DNA of 64,000 nucleotides from a virus: IMG/VR virus record IMGVR_UViG_3300043411_001246, positions 7,458 through 71,457 of that record; one strand, written 5' to 3'. The notes beneath the pieces were generated by a model, which saw nothing but the letters and a program-made list of their open reading frames with translations, did not search any database and was not told the origin of the DNA. A program made the position numbers and the translations under genes. Shown here piece by piece: positions 19,398-29,263 of the stretch (within the stretch, counting starts at the first letter, position 1; each line of letters starts with the position of its first letter).

Positions 19398-19991
19398 AGC
19401 AACGACAAGATGCAAGCGTGGCGCACCGTCTCCGACGAGGTGATGTCCACGTACGCAGACTCGCCCATGGGCACGACCCACGCCGTCGAGATGGCCGCCG
19501 AGAAGGCGTACGACCTCGGCGCGCACCACGGCCGGAAAGAGGCCCTGGAATCGGGCGAGTCGTGGGCGAAGTTTCGCGCGGACATGGGGCCCGGTGTTGG
19601 GCCGGCGTGGCGGGTCAGCGAGATTGACCCGCGCGGCAACGGCGTGCGCCTCGTTCTCTGGGGTACGGGCGTGAGCGTTTCTTACGAGCGCGGCCTGCGA
19701 CAACTCTTGAACCAGAGCCTCCCCGTGGACGTGACCGCCTACCCGGCCGCCCCGTCGCGCCCCGTCGTGGACACCGCCCGCGCCGAGGGCTTCGCCGCCG
19801 GCCTCACCCGCGCCCGTGACCTCCTCGCCGCCCACGCCGACGAGTCCGAGGCCCTGGCGCGCGGGCAGGCCACCGAGGCCGAGCAAGCGCAGACGCGCGC
19901 CGCCGCCAGCGCCACCCGGGCCGCCGTGCAGCGGGGCGGGGTGGACCTGTTGAACCGGGAGATCGCCGACTTGAAAGGGGAGGGGAAGTGA
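19395..19991 (+). CDS. hypothetical protein
   Basis: Starts at the element ATG. Confidence 0.7.
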   Translation: MSNDKMQAWRTVSDEVMSTYADSPMGTTHAVEMAAEKAYDLGAHHGRKEALESGESWAKFRADMGPGVGPAWRVSEIDPRGNGVRLVLWGTGVSVSYERGLRQLLNQSLPVDVTAYPAAPSRPVVDTARAEGFAAGLTRARDLLAAHADESEALARGQATEAEQAQTRAAASATRAAVQRGGVDLLNREIADLKGEGK

Positions 19992-20305
19992 CCCGCACCG
20001 ACCTCGCCCTGACCGCCGCCACCGCCGCCCTGTTCCGCGGCAAGGCCGCCGAGTTGCGCGCCCTGGCCGAGACCCTGACCCCGGCCGACCACACCCGGGC
20101 CATCGCCCTCGCGATCCGCGCGGCCCGCCTCGCCTCCCGGGTGCAGACCGTGGCCGAGCAGGTCGCCGGCTTCCTGGTGATGGCGCCCGCCCGCGCCGGC
20201 CGCACCCCAGACGGACCCGGAGACGCGCCCCAGCCCGCCGGCTTCCCCGCGGTCGAGCGGTGTCCGGTGTGCCAGGCCCGCTACCCGCACCGGGAGGGGA
20301 TGTGA
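19988..20305 (+). CDS. hypothetical protein
   Basis: GTGA overlap. Confidence 0.55.
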   Translation: MTRTDLALTAATAALFRGKAAELRALAETLTPADHTRAIALAIRAARLASRVQTVAEQVAGFLVMAPARAGRTPDGPGDAPQPAGFPAVERCPVCQARYPHREGM

Positions 20306-20700
20306 TGGAATCCGGGGAACGCAAGGCACTCGCCGACGCGGCGCACTTCCGCCTCTTGGCCGCGACCACCTACGTCAAGGGGCACATCAAACACGCGGGT
20401 TGTCTGGCGGTAGCGGCGCGCCTTGAAGAGATCGCCGTCGAGTGCGCTCTCAAGGGCCTCGGCCTGTCCGACCTGTACGCGCCCACGCCCGGTGACGCGG
20501 TGGCGCTGCGGGGCGGGGCGCTGGCCGAGGCCGAGGCGTGGGATCTGCTGGCCTTCGATGAGGCCAAGTTCGATGCGGCCGAGCGGAACGCGCAGCGCAT
20601 CGCCATGCGTGACCCGACCCGCGCCGCGCGCATCCGTGACCTTGTGGGCCGGATGCGGGCCAAGACGGTGGCACACGTCGAGCGGGAGGCGGGGCTGTGA
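20305..20700 (+). CDS. hypothetical protein
   Basis: TGATG coupling. Confidence 0.55.
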   Translation: MESGERKALADAAHFRLLAATTYVKGHIKHAGCLAVAARLEEIAVECALKGLGLSDLYAPTPGDAVALRGGALAEAEAWDLLAFDEAKFDAAERNAQRIAMRDPTRAARIRDLVGRMRAKTVAHVEREAGL

Positions 20701-20930
20701 CCCCCACCGACCCCGACGCCCCGCCCGCGTCCGCGGTGGCCCTGACGCTGGCCGCGGTGCTGGACGCCGCCGCCATCGCCGAGAGGTGGGCGCGCGAGCA
20801 CGACGAGACCGCCAGGACCGACCCGAGCGTCCGGGCCCGCGTGGACGCCACCCGCCACGCCAGCGACCTGCGCCGGGCCGCGTCCACCCTGCGCGACGAG
20901 GCGACGCGGCGCCGCCGGGGGTCGCCGTGA
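20697..20930 (+). CDS. hypothetical protein
   Basis: GTGA overlap. Confidence 0.55.
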   Translation: MTPTDPDAPPASAVALTLAAVLDAAAIAERWAREHDETARTDPSVRARVDATRHASDLRRAASTLRDEATRRRRGSP

Positions 20931-21739
20931 GGCTCATCGTCACGCAGCACGCCCTCGCCCGGTTCGTCGAGCGGGTGGCGCCCGGCATGACCCTGGACGA
21001 GGCCCAGTCCTGGCTCGACGCCCACGCCCACCACGCCACCCCGCTGCCGGCCCGTACGCGCCGCGGACAGCGCCAGTGGTACCTGCCCACCCCGTACGGC
21101 CGCGACGCGGTCCTGGTGACCAAGGACGACCCCGGCGGGGTGCTCGTGGTGGTCACCGCCGGGTGGTTCGAGCACGAGGCCGACCCGGACCCGGACGAGG
21201 TGCCGCGCCCGACGGTGGCGCTGGTGCCGCCTCCGGTACCCACGCCCGCCAAGCCTGCGCCGACCCCGGCCAAGCCCGCCCCCGCGTGGGCCCGCCCGGC
21301 GTGGCTGCCGCCGCGCCCCGCCGACCTGCCGGCGCCGCCGGGTGCGCTGCGGGTGGGGCTCGACGCCGAGGACCAGACGCTTGCCCTCGGGCTGCTGTCT
21401 TACGACGACCTGATCGGCTGGCAGACCTACCTGAAAGCCTGCTTCAGCGCCTACACCCGGCGCGGGCTGCCGGTGCCTGCGGTGGCCGTCGAGGCACGTC
21501 GGGCCGTCAAGGAGGCCGCCAAGCAAGCCCTCGACGCCCGCATCGGGGCCCGGGAGGCGGCGACCCGGGCCACCGTGGACAGCCATGGTCGGCGGCTACG
21601 GTTCGATTTGGACCACCTCGTCGTGGCAGTCGGGGAGGTGCTGCGCGAACGGCTGGGCGAGCTGGAAAGCGCGGACATCTTCTCCGAGGCCAAGGCGCGC
21701 ATGGTGGCCGCCTCTGCTGCGAGGAAGGCCGCCGAATGA
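20927..21739 (+). CDS. hypothetical protein with possible RNase-fold N-terminal domain
   Basis: LIVTQHALARFVER..LVVVT motif; Pro-rich linker; stop is the element TGA. Confidence 0.6.
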   Translation: MRLIVTQHALARFVERVAPGMTLDEAQSWLDAHAHHATPLPARTRRGQRQWYLPTPYGRDAVLVTKDDPGGVLVVVTAGWFEHEADPDPDEVPRPTVALVPPPVPTPAKPAPTPAKPAPAWARPAWLPPRPADLPAPPGALRVGLDAEDQTLALGLLSYDDLIGWQTYLKACFSAYTRRGLPVPAVAVEARRAVKEAAKQALDARIGAREAATRATVDSHGRRLRFDLDHLVVAVGEVLRERLGELESADIFSEAKARMVAASAARKAAE

Positions 21740-21773
21740 CCCCTCGCCGCGGCCGGGTAGGGTGACGGGCATG
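21736..21773 (+). promoter_or_regulatory. GACCCCTC leaderless promoter element
   Basis: ATGACC-16-TAGGGT-7-ATG(21771). Confidence 0.75.
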
Positions 21774-22202
21774 GATGACCTGTTGCGCCTGACAGAAGCC
21801 CTGGACGACGCCGCCCGCGCCCGGGAGATCACGGCCCTGCCGAGCGGGTGGGTGCGGGTGGGGACCGGCCCGTTCCTGTTCGATGGCACGGGCGTGGATG
21901 TGTACGTGCGGTTCCTGCCGGACGGTCATGTACGGGTCTCAGACATCGGCGCCGCGGAGGACTGGATCGCCACCTGCAACGACGGCCGGATCACCCCGGA
22001 GATGCTGGCCGCGCTGGCCGCCGCCTACGGTCTGGCGCTGCCGGACACGGGCAGCGGCGCCCCGCCCGCCGTCGGCGCCGTCGTGGCGTATGGCGTCTCG
22101 GTGCCGTGGTCCGGGGTGGCCGCCGCCGTGGACCGGGTGGCGTCGTTCCAGGTGGCCGTCGGCGGGCTGGCGCACGGGGTGCCTGACCCCTCTGCGCGGT
22201 GA
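21771..22202 (+). CDS. DUF1828-like protein
   Basis: GPFLFDGTGVDVYV..VRVSDIG; ends inside the element (DPSAR). Confidence 0.55.
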   Translation: MDDLLRLTEALDDAARAREITALPSGWVRVGTGPFLFDGTGVDVYVRFLPDGHVRVSDIGAAEDWIATCNDGRITPEMLAALAAAYGLALPDTGSGAPPAVGAVVAYGVSVPWSGVAAAVDRVASFQVAVGGLAHGVPDPSAR

Positions 22203-22219
22203 GGCAGAGTGAGGGCATG
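22183..22219 (+). promoter_or_regulatory. GACCCCTC leaderless promoter element
   Basis: CTGACC-16-CAGAGT-6-ATG(22217). Confidence 0.75.
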
Positions 22220-22612
22220 GCTCTCCACCTGATTCAACAACCCGACGGGCTCTTCTGCACGTTCGACCCGGCCACCGCGTCGTTTCATGGCACCGGCATG
22301 GACCGGGACGACGTTGCCGACGCCGTGACCGAGGCCATGGATGGGAGCGACCGGGACAGCGTCGCCGCGCGGACGGAATACCTCATTGAAGGCGCCGAGA
22401 CCGACAGGCTTCGGTGGGCTGCCGCCCGCGAGCGCGTCCTCCAGGTCCACGGCCCGGACGCCGCCGAGTGGATGCGCGCCCTCGACCGGCAAGCCGCCAT
22501 CGATGCCTTCAACAACGCCACCCCGGCGCAGGTCGAGGCCGCCACCGCCACCCTGTCGCCCGAGGGACAGGCGTGGGCGCGGGCGTTCGAGGCCCAGGGG
22601 TCGCCCCGGTGA
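22217..22612 (+). CDS. hypothetical protein
   Basis: MALHLIQQPDGLFCTFD..., similar N-terminus to 59770 (FVAKQPNGLYALYD). Confidence 0.7.
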   Translation: MALHLIQQPDGLFCTFDPATASFHGTGMDRDDVADAVTEAMDGSDRDSVAARTEYLIEGAETDRLRWAAARERVLQVHGPDAAEWMRALDRQAAIDAFNNATPAQVEAATATLSPEGQAWARAFEAQGSPR

Positions 22613-23098
22613 CCGGCCCGCTTGCCCTCGCCGCCGCCTACCTCGATGCCGTGGATCAGTGGGTCTCGGTCGCCGCCCAGGTGGAACACCTGCGGATCAT
22701 GGGTCACCCGATCCCGCGCGGCCTCGCCCACCACATCAGCAACGCCACGGCCCGCCTGGACGCCGCCCGTGCCGCCCTGTGCGGGGTGCCGGCGTGAGGC
22801 CCCGCGGTGTGCCCCGGCTGGCGGTGTGGCGAGACATCCTGGCCAACAAGCGCCACCGTCGAATCGCCCGGGTCCAGCTCGCCGCCTGCCGTCGTCTGGT
22901 CCACAAGCGCCGCCGCCAGGCCGACCGCTGCGACCTCCGGGGGTGGGCGTGAGGCCCCGGGTAGGCCGCGCCCTGCGCGCCGTGGCGGTGTGGCTGGGCG
23001 AGCACGGTGGCCGGTGCGAGGCGGCGTCGGTGCGCCTGTGGTACCTGGCGCGGGCGTACGAGACCGGGGGCCTGCGCGGGGTGGTCCGGAGCGGGTGG

Positions 23099-23136
23099 GC
23101 GACCCCTCGGCGGGGCGGGGTAGGGTCGGGGGCATG
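23099..23136 (+). promoter_or_regulatory. GACCCCTC leaderless promoter element
   Basis: GCGACC-16-TAGGGT-7-ATG(23134). Confidence 0.7.
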
Positions 23137-23490
23137 ACCATCGAAGAACAGATCGCCGCCATGGTTGCCTTGCCCTTCATCGAAAGCGTCACCGTCTCCG
23201 GTGATCGGACCATGAGCGCGTCCGGCGGGGTGCGCTACGGTGCCAAGGTGACCTTTCTGCCCGCATCTCAGACGTGCTCGGCCGTGCGCGGGTACGGCGC
23301 CTCGGCCGGTGAGGCTCTGACCGAGGTACGCGACAAGATCGCCGAGCTGTTCACCAGCCGTGTCACCGCCATGTCCGAGGATGTCGTCGCGCTGAATCAG
23401 GTCGTGGCCAGCCTGTACGCCATGCCCGATGTGCGCGCCACGCTCGCCCCGGTGCCGCCCGTGGTCATGGACCCGGGCGAGGTCGGGTGA
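23134..23490 (+). CDS. hypothetical protein
   Basis: MTIEEQIAAM... starting at the element ATG. Confidence 0.7.
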   Translation: MTIEEQIAAMVALPFIESVTVSGDRTMSASGGVRYGAKVTFLPASQTCSAVRGYGASAGEALTEVRDKIAELFTSRVTAMSEDVVALNQVVASLYAMPDVRATLAPVPPVVMDPGEVG

Positions 23491-23494
23491 GACC

Positions 23495-23758
23495 GTGACC
23501 GACGCCAAGCCGGGTAGGGTCAGGGTCACGGTCGGGTGGGTGGTGGCCCGGGACTACCCAGCACGCGGTACCACCGTGCGCGAATACCTCACCCTGCGCC
23601 CCGCCGCCGACCTCCTTGACCTGCACGGGCTGTGGGGCGAGCGAGAAGAGGCGGTCCGGCTACCGCAGCACCAGGCCCGCGCCCTCGTCCGGGGGATGCG
23701 GCGCCAGGGGGAGGATGTGCGGGTGGTGAGGCTGTGGCGGTGGGTGGCGACCGGCTGA
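23495..23758 (+). CDS. hypothetical protein
   Basis: ORF ending at the element TGA; start uncertain. Confidence 0.5.
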   Translation: MTDAKPGRVRVTVGWVVARDYPARGTTVREYLTLRPAADLLDLHGLWGEREEAVRLPQHQARALVRGMRRQGEDVRVVRLWRWVATG

Positions 23759-23791
23759 CCCCTCTCCCGGGTGTGAGACGGTCGGGCCATG
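23755..23791 (+). promoter_or_regulatory. GACCCCTC leaderless promoter element
   Basis: CTGACC-16-GACGGT-6-ATG(23789). Confidence 0.75.
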
Positions 23792-24163
23792 ATCGACACG
23801 ACCAGCGCCGCCTTCCTCAATGCCAAGGATGAGCGGTTCACCACCGAGCAGAACATCGCCCTGATGACCTTCCTGACCCCGATGCAGCGCGGCACCGGGT
23901 GGATGGCCACGCTGACGCCCAACAGAAAGAACGGTGACGTGGTGGATGCCCTGCTGCGCGCCGAGGGCTATGGCCTCGTCCGGGTGACCCGCAGCGGCAA
24001 GGACACCCTGTTCGAGATCACCGACAAGGGCAAAGCCTACGTCGAGCGGTACCGCCGGCACTGGCGCGGCCTCGGGCTCAAGGAGTCGGGCAAGGGTGGC
24101 AAACTTGTCCCGATGCCGTGGCCCGGTCTGCCGCAGCCGTACCAGCCCGACCCGCAACGCTGA
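23789..24163 (+). CDS. winged-helix-like protein
   Basis: AEGYGLV..LFEITDKGKAY wHTH wing motif; bounded by two elements. Confidence 0.65.
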   Translation: MIDTTSAAFLNAKDERFTTEQNIALMTFLTPMQRGTGWMATLTPNRKNGDVVDALLRAEGYGLVRVTRSGKDTLFEITDKGKAYVERYRRHWRGLGLKESGKGGKLVPMPWPGLPQPYQPDPQR

Positions 24164-24196
24164 CCCCTCTCCGGGGTCTGGCAGGGTGGGGCCATG
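24160..24196 (+). promoter_or_regulatory. GACCCCTC leaderless promoter element
   Basis: CTGACC-16-CAGGGT-6-ATG(24194). Confidence 0.75.
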
Positions 24197-24472
24197 CCGA
24201 ACTACCCCGTTGATGCCATCGATGAACTGCGGGACGAGCTGGCCCGGACCCGCCGCGCCTTGGCCCTGGCCCTGCCCGCGGTGGGCACATGCTCGGCCGG
24301 GCAGTGTACGGGCATGGTCACCAACACCGCCAACCTCGGCCCCATCACCGTGGACCTGTGCGATGCCTGCCGGCGCCCGGAGTCCGTGGACCGAGACGAC
24401 GCCGCCGAGTCCCGCGAACTGGACGCCTTGCTCGACGGGCTCGGGCTGACCCCTCTCCGCACGGGCGCATGA
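24194..24472 (+). CDS. hypothetical protein with Cys motifs
   Basis: CSAGQC..LCDAC; bounded by elements. Confidence 0.65.
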   Translation: MPNYPVDAIDELRDELARTRRALALALPAVGTCSAGQCTGMVTNTANLGPITVDLCDACRRPESVDRDDAAESRELDALLDGLGLTPLRTGA

Positions 24473-24482
24473 TTCGGCCATG
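24446..24482 (+). promoter_or_regulatory. GACCCCTC leaderless promoter element
   Basis: CTGACC-16-CATGAT-6-ATG(24480). Confidence 0.75.
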
Positions 24483-25142
24483 CCACCACCTGCCTTTACC
24501 CCCGCGCACGCGAGCGCGCTCCGCTGGCGCTACGGGACCGGCGCCTCGGTCGTCCTCCCGAGCGGGTCGTCCGTGCCCGAGTCCGGCGTCGTCGGCACCG
24601 GCAACAGCGCCCATGCCCCCCACGAGCCCGACCCGAATGCCATGGTCCGGCTTGGCGCCGTCGAGCGCGCCCTGCACGCCTGTGGCGAGGCCCATGCGTC
24701 CCTGCTCGCCGTGGTCTACGGCGCCCCCGGGGACTTCGCCACCACCGCCGGCATGTACCCCAGCCGGCTCTGGCGGGCCGCCGCCCCGTTCACCGCCGCC
24801 GCTCGAGATGGGGCCGCCGCCCATGAGCGCCGCCGGGCCCGCAAGGACAAGCCCGCCACCCCGGCCGAGCCCGCGTCTCAGGTGGCCTACGAGCACGACA
24901 CCCGCCACGACACCCCGGCCGACCCCCTGTGGAAAGGCGACGCCGGGCCGGTCGTGCTGCGGTGGCTGTCGGCCCTGTTCGACCCGGACGCCGCCAAGAA
25001 AGACATGGTCGGGGCAGGGGACCGGGCCTACCTGGCGCAGATCGAGGAGCAGGCCAGGGCGCAGATCGAGGCGGCCGAGGAAGCCTTTGCCTCGGTCTAC
25101 CTGACGCCGCCGGACTGGTGTACCCGCCGGGAGGATCGGTGA
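24480..25142 (+). CDS. hypothetical protein (late-regulator position)
   Basis: 220-aa ORF just before the packaging genes. Confidence 0.6.
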   Translation: MPPPAFTPAHASALRWRYGTGASVVLPSGSSVPESGVVGTGNSAHAPHEPDPNAMVRLGAVERALHACGEAHASLLAVVYGAPGDFATTAGMYPSRLWRAAAPFTAAARDGAAAHERRRARKDKPATPAEPASQVAYEHDTRHDTPADPLWKGDAGPVVLRWLSALFDPDAAKKDMVGAGDRAYLAQIEEQARAQIEAAEEAFASVYLTPPDWCTRREDR

Positions 25143-25363
25143 TGCGCCAGATCCCCGATGACATGAGCGTGGCCGACATGGCCGTGTTGACCAGCATCCC
25201 GGAGAGGACGCTTCAGGAGTGGTGCCAGTTGGGCAAGATCCCGGCGAGGCGCATCGGCCTGATGTGGAGGATCAAGGTGGCGCTGCTGCGCGAGCGCAAC
25301 GCCGACCTGTTCGAGGAGCTGGCCGAGAAGTGGGCCAAGAAATACGGCGGCGCCGACGAGTGA
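25142..25363 (+). CDS. HTH_17 / excisionase-like DNA-binding protein
   Basis: MSVADMAVLTSIPERTLQEWCQLGKIPARRIGLMWRI. Confidence 0.85.
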   Translation: MRQIPDDMSVADMAVLTSIPERTLQEWCQLGKIPARRIGLMWRIKVALLRERNADLFEELAEKWAKKYGGADE

Positions 25364-25575
25364 GACCCCGGGAAAACGAGGTATCCGCGGACTGCGCGGA
25401 CGCCGCAACCTGCGCGATCTGCGCGACTTGCGCGGCCAAACGCACCTGATAGGTAGGTGAACGCGCGCACGCTGGGCAGCCTTGACGGGGCCTTGACGGA
25501 TGCCGCGACGCCCTGACGACCGCTGCGATTTGCCGGATAACACGGCCTGACGGTCGCTTTGACAGGACCAAGCCG

Positions 25576-26139
25576 ATGTCCACGGCCCCATTCGTTCAGT
25601 GCCGCGCCTGCAAGAGCGAGCACCGCGAGGGTATCGACAGCCGACTGCTCGCCGGGGAATCCCCCCGCCGGGTCAGTGCATGGCTGGAAGAGACCCACGG
25701 CGAGCGCATCGCCTTTCAGTCGCTCCACAACCACCGCAACACCCACCTGCGCCCAGTCGTCGCTGACGAGGTCAAGCGCCGGGTGGCCGAGTCGGTGCCC
25801 GAGCCCGAGAGCCCGCCGCAGATGACCGCCGCCATGGGCGCCGTGGTCTCGCAGCGTATGCACCACCTCGACATGCTGGCGTGGGTAGCCAACCAGGCGC
25901 AGACGGTGGCCGAGTCGGTCAACCTGAACCTGGAAAACAAGCCCAGCATGGGCGCCGTCACCCTGTACCTCGGATGCCTGCGCGAGGTGCGCGAGGTGGC
26001 TGGCGCCATTCACGACATCCTTGAGGGCGACCGCCCGGTCGAGGTCAACGCGCACATCGACTCACTGGGCGACCTGCTCGGCCTGGCGCTGTCCCCGCAG
26101 CCGCAACCACCGCCCGCGGACAAGCCGACCGACCCATGA
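25576..26139 (+). CDS. terminase small subunit (putative)
   Basis: CRAC plus HTH N-terminus, immediately upstream of the large terminase. Confidence 0.65.
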   Translation: MSTAPFVQCRACKSEHREGIDSRLLAGESPRRVSAWLEETHGERIAFQSLHNHRNTHLRPVVADEVKRRVAESVPEPESPPQMTAAMGAVVSQRMHHLDMLAWVANQAQTVAESVNLNLENKPSMGAVTLYLGCLREVREVAGAIHDILEGDRPVEVNAHIDSLGDLLGLALSPQPQPPPADKPTDP

Positions 26140-27635
26140 CCCTCCCCGGCCTGTACCCGAGCCGACCGCGCAAGCCGCGGCCCTCGGGCAAGGCCAAGGG
26201 CGGCGCCACCCCCGCCCCGACCCCGGAGCGCGTGGCCCTCGCCCAGAAGCTCCTCGACCGCTGGCGCGATGACCCGGTGGCCTTCGCCCGCGAGGCGCTG
26301 GGTACCGAGCCGTGGGACCGGCAGGCCGACATCCTGCGCGCCGTGCCCGAGTCGCCCCGCGTGGCGGTCCGGTCCGGCCACAAGATCGGCAAGAGCCGCG
26401 CCGCCGCCATCCTCGCCCACTGGTGGGTGGCCACCCGTCCGGGTGCGTGGGTGGTGATGACCTCGTCGTCCGCACGGCAGGTCAAGGCGATCCTCTGGCA
26501 CGAGTTCCGCCTGCTCTACACCAAGAGCCGGGTACGCATCGGACCCGAGCCCGCCCTCGACCCCTCGACCGGCTACGCGCTGGCCGACGGTCGCCGGGTG
26601 CAGGGGTTCAGCACCGACAAGCCCGAGCGCATGGCCGGCATCTCCGGCCAGAACGTCCTGTTCATCCTGGACGAGGCGAGCGGCATCCCCGAGCCGATCT
26701 TCGAGGCCATCGAAGGCAACCGGGCCGGCGGCGCCCGCATCGTGATGTTCAGCAACCCGACGCAGACCGTCGGGACGTTCTACGACGCCTTCCACGCCAA
26801 GCGTGAGTTCTGGCGCACCTTCAAACTTTCGAGCGAGGACACCCCGAACGCACGCGCCGGCCGGGTCATCATCCCCGGGCTGGCGACGGCCGAGTGGGTG
26901 GACGAGAAGCGGCGCGAGTGGGGCACTGAGTCCCCGATCTACGCCGTCCGCGTCAAGGGCGACTTCCCGGCACAGGGGTCCGACGTGGTCGTGGCCCTGG
27001 CCTGGCTCACTCAGGCGCAGGACATCTGGCCCACCACCCCGGCCGAGGGTGACCTGGCCTTCGGGGTGGACCCGGCTCGGTATGGCGACGACGACAGCGT
27101 GATTGCCGCCCGTCGCGGCAAGAAGATCCTACCGCTGCAAGCCTTCACCGGCCTGGACGGCATCCAACTCGCCGGCCGGGTGGTCGAGGCCGTGCGCTCC
27201 CTGCGTCGCACGGGGGAGCCCAAGCCGCAGGTGAAGATCGACGTGATCGGCGTGGGCGCGTCCTGCGCCGACCAGCTCAAGCAGCACCGGGACATCCTCG
27301 ACGTGATCGAGGTCAACGTGTCCGAGGCTGCTACGAGCGAGAACTACCACCGGCTGCGCGATCAACTCTGGTTCTCTGCCGCCGACTGGCTCAAGGAAGG
27401 CGGCGCCCTGCCGCCAGACGACAAGCTGGCCGGCGAGCTGGTGGCCCCGCACTACGGCTTCGATGCGCAGGGCCGCTATCAGGTTGAGTCCAAGGACGAG
27501 ACCAAGAAGCGGCTGAAGCGCAGCCCCAACCACGCCGACGCCGTGTGTCTGGCGATCTTTCGTGGCCATGGCCCCGCTGTCCCGCCCCCGCCCCTGGCAC
27601 TGTTCCACCCGGACGATGCCTCGCTCGGCTTCTGA
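26136..27635 (+). CDS. terL: terminase large subunit
   Basis: Walker A RSGHKIGKS, Walker B FILDEASG, SNPT; nuclease GVDPARYGDD, SPNHADA. Confidence 0.95.
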   Translation: MTLPGLYPSRPRKPRPSGKAKGGATPAPTPERVALAQKLLDRWRDDPVAFAREALGTEPWDRQADILRAVPESPRVAVRSGHKIGKSRAAAILAHWWVATRPGAWVVMTSSSARQVKAILWHEFRLLYTKSRVRIGPEPALDPSTGYALADGRRVQGFSTDKPERMAGISGQNVLFILDEASGIPEPIFEAIEGNRAGGARIVMFSNPTQTVGTFYDAFHAKREFWRTFKLSSEDTPNARAGRVIIPGLATAEWVDEKRREWGTESPIYAVRVKGDFPAQGSDVVVALAWLTQAQDIWPTTPAEGDLAFGVDPARYGDDDSVIAARRGKKILPLQAFTGLDGIQLAGRVVEAVRSLRRTGEPKPQVKIDVIGVGASCADQLKQHRDILDVIEVNVSEAATSENYHRLRDQLWFSAADWLKEGGALPPDDKLAGELVAPHYGFDAQGRYQVESKDETKKRLKRSPNHADAVCLAIFRGHGPAVPPPPLALFHPDDASLGF

Positions 27636-27657
27636 CCTCTGACCGACACCCACCCCC

Positions 27658-29241
27658 ATGGCACGCAAGAAAGGCCGAGGCGCCGCAACCACCGCGCCAC
27701 CGGCCGCGCCCGCGCTCGCCATGGCGCCGACGCCCACGCCGGACCTGCTGGCGCCCGCGCCCCTGATCGACCGCTACCCGGTCGTCCTCGGGTCGGGCCT
27801 CACGCTCCAGTACGTGAGCAATGCCCTGCGCATCTGCACCACGGGCTACCGCCAGAACTACGTTGACCTGTTCAACGAGTTGATCGAGCGGGACGCCCAC
27901 GCGCAGGCCATGGTGGTCAAGCGGGTGCAGACCATCGCCGGGGCCCGGCTGAGCATCGGCCCGCCGGACCTGCCGCCGGACCACCCGGAGGCCGACCTCG
28001 CCCGCGAGATCGCCGAGACGGTGAGCCAGCGCATCCTCGGCCTGCCGGACCTGACGCAGCGCCTCGCCAGCCTGGCCCGCGCCGACATCCTCGGCGTCGC
28101 GGCGAGCGAGGTGGTGTGGGGCGACGTGGACGGGGGCTTCTGGCCTCGCCGCCTCACGTTCGTCCACAGCCGCCGCCTGGCCTACCCGGACGCCGGCTCG
28201 TGGGATCTGCACCTGTGGGATCAGGGGTCGGTCACCGGCTACGGCTGGGACGCCCCGACCAACCGCCCCGGGTTCGGCCTGAACATCACCCGGGACATGC
28301 CGCCCGGCAAGTTCGTCGTCCACACCCCGCAGTTCCGCGACGACTACCCGACCCGCGAGGGATTGGGCCGCGCGCTGGTGTGGTTGATGGCCTTCAAGAT
28401 CATCGGGATGCGGCAGGGCGCTTCGTTTATCGAGCGCTACACCAAGATCCTCACCTGGGCCTCGTACGCCACGACCAGCACGGACGTGCCGCGCGCGGCC
28501 TCGCCGGACGACATCGCGCAGGCGGACGCCACGGTGAAGGCGCTCGGCATCGGCACCCTGACCGCGGCGACGCTGGCCGACGCCATCAAGATTCACATGG
28601 ATGGCCCCGCCCTCAAGGGCAGCGCGTCCACGATGACCGTGCCCGAGTGGATCGCCATCTGCGACGAGCAGACGACGCGGCTCTTGCTCGGCAACACGTT
28701 CACCACCAGCGCCGGCAAGTTCGGGAGCAAGGGCACGAGCGAGACCGGCAAGGAGGGCGAGTTGGAGGGCGCACGGCTGTCGGCCGGGATGCTCTGCCAG
28801 ACGCTCGACCGTGACCTGCTGGTGCCGTGCGTGGACCGCAACTGGCCCGGCCGGACGCACCTGGCGCCGCGCGCCACACTGCACCTCGACAAGCCCAGCC
28901 CCCACGCCGTCCTCGACCTGAACACCAAGGCGGCGGCCAGCGGCATCCCCGTGGACGCCGACGCCGTGGCCCGCCAGTGCGGCGTGCCGACGCTGGCCCC
29001 GGACAACGTGGCCGGACGCCGCATGGTGCCGGTCAGCGCCGGGGCCCCGCCCCCGCTCGACCCGTCCAGGAAGCCGGACCCCGCGCCCGTCAAGGACGCG
29101 CCGCCGACCGAGGTGGCGCCCGAGAAGGACGCGCCGACCCCGGACGACATCGACCGCCCGCGCGGTGGTCGTGAGGACGACCCCGACACCGCCGAGGGCG
29201 GCGTCACCGATCAGGCCGGCGGCGACGCTGGCGACGACTGA
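27658..29241 (+). CDS. portal protein (Mu gp29 / DUF935-like)
   Basis: ELIERDAH..KR, KFVVH, GLGR..W..AFK, FIERY, LLGNTFTT; follows terL. Confidence 0.85.
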   Translation: MARKKGRGAATTAPPAAPALAMAPTPTPDLLAPAPLIDRYPVVLGSGLTLQYVSNALRICTTGYRQNYVDLFNELIERDAHAQAMVVKRVQTIAGARLSIGPPDLPPDHPEADLAREIAETVSQRILGLPDLTQRLASLARADILGVAASEVVWGDVDGGFWPRRLTFVHSRRLAYPDAGSWDLHLWDQGSVTGYGWDAPTNRPGFGLNITRDMPPGKFVVHTPQFRDDYPTREGLGRALVWLMAFKIIGMRQGASFIERYTKILTWASYATTSTDVPRAASPDDIAQADATVKALGIGTLTAATLADAIKIHMDGPALKGSASTMTVPEWIAICDEQTTRLLLGNTFTTSAGKFGSKGTSETGKEGELEGARLSAGMLCQTLDRDLLVPCVDRNWPGRTHLAPRATLHLDKPSPHAVLDLNTKAAASGIPVDADAVARQCGVPTLAPDNVAGRRMVPVSAGAPPPLDPSRKPDPAPVKDAPPTEVAPEKDAPTPDDIDRPRGGREDDPDTAEGGVTDQAGGDAGDD

Positions 29242-29263
29242 CTTACCCCGGAGACCCACCGCC

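Noticed and set aside
9575-24482. GACCCCTC repeats as a CRISPR array or integron attC sites
   Set aside because: Spacing is gene-sized and irregular, only about 8 nt are conserved, there is no attC-like palindrome, and no cas or intI gene is visible; the geometry fits a promoter.
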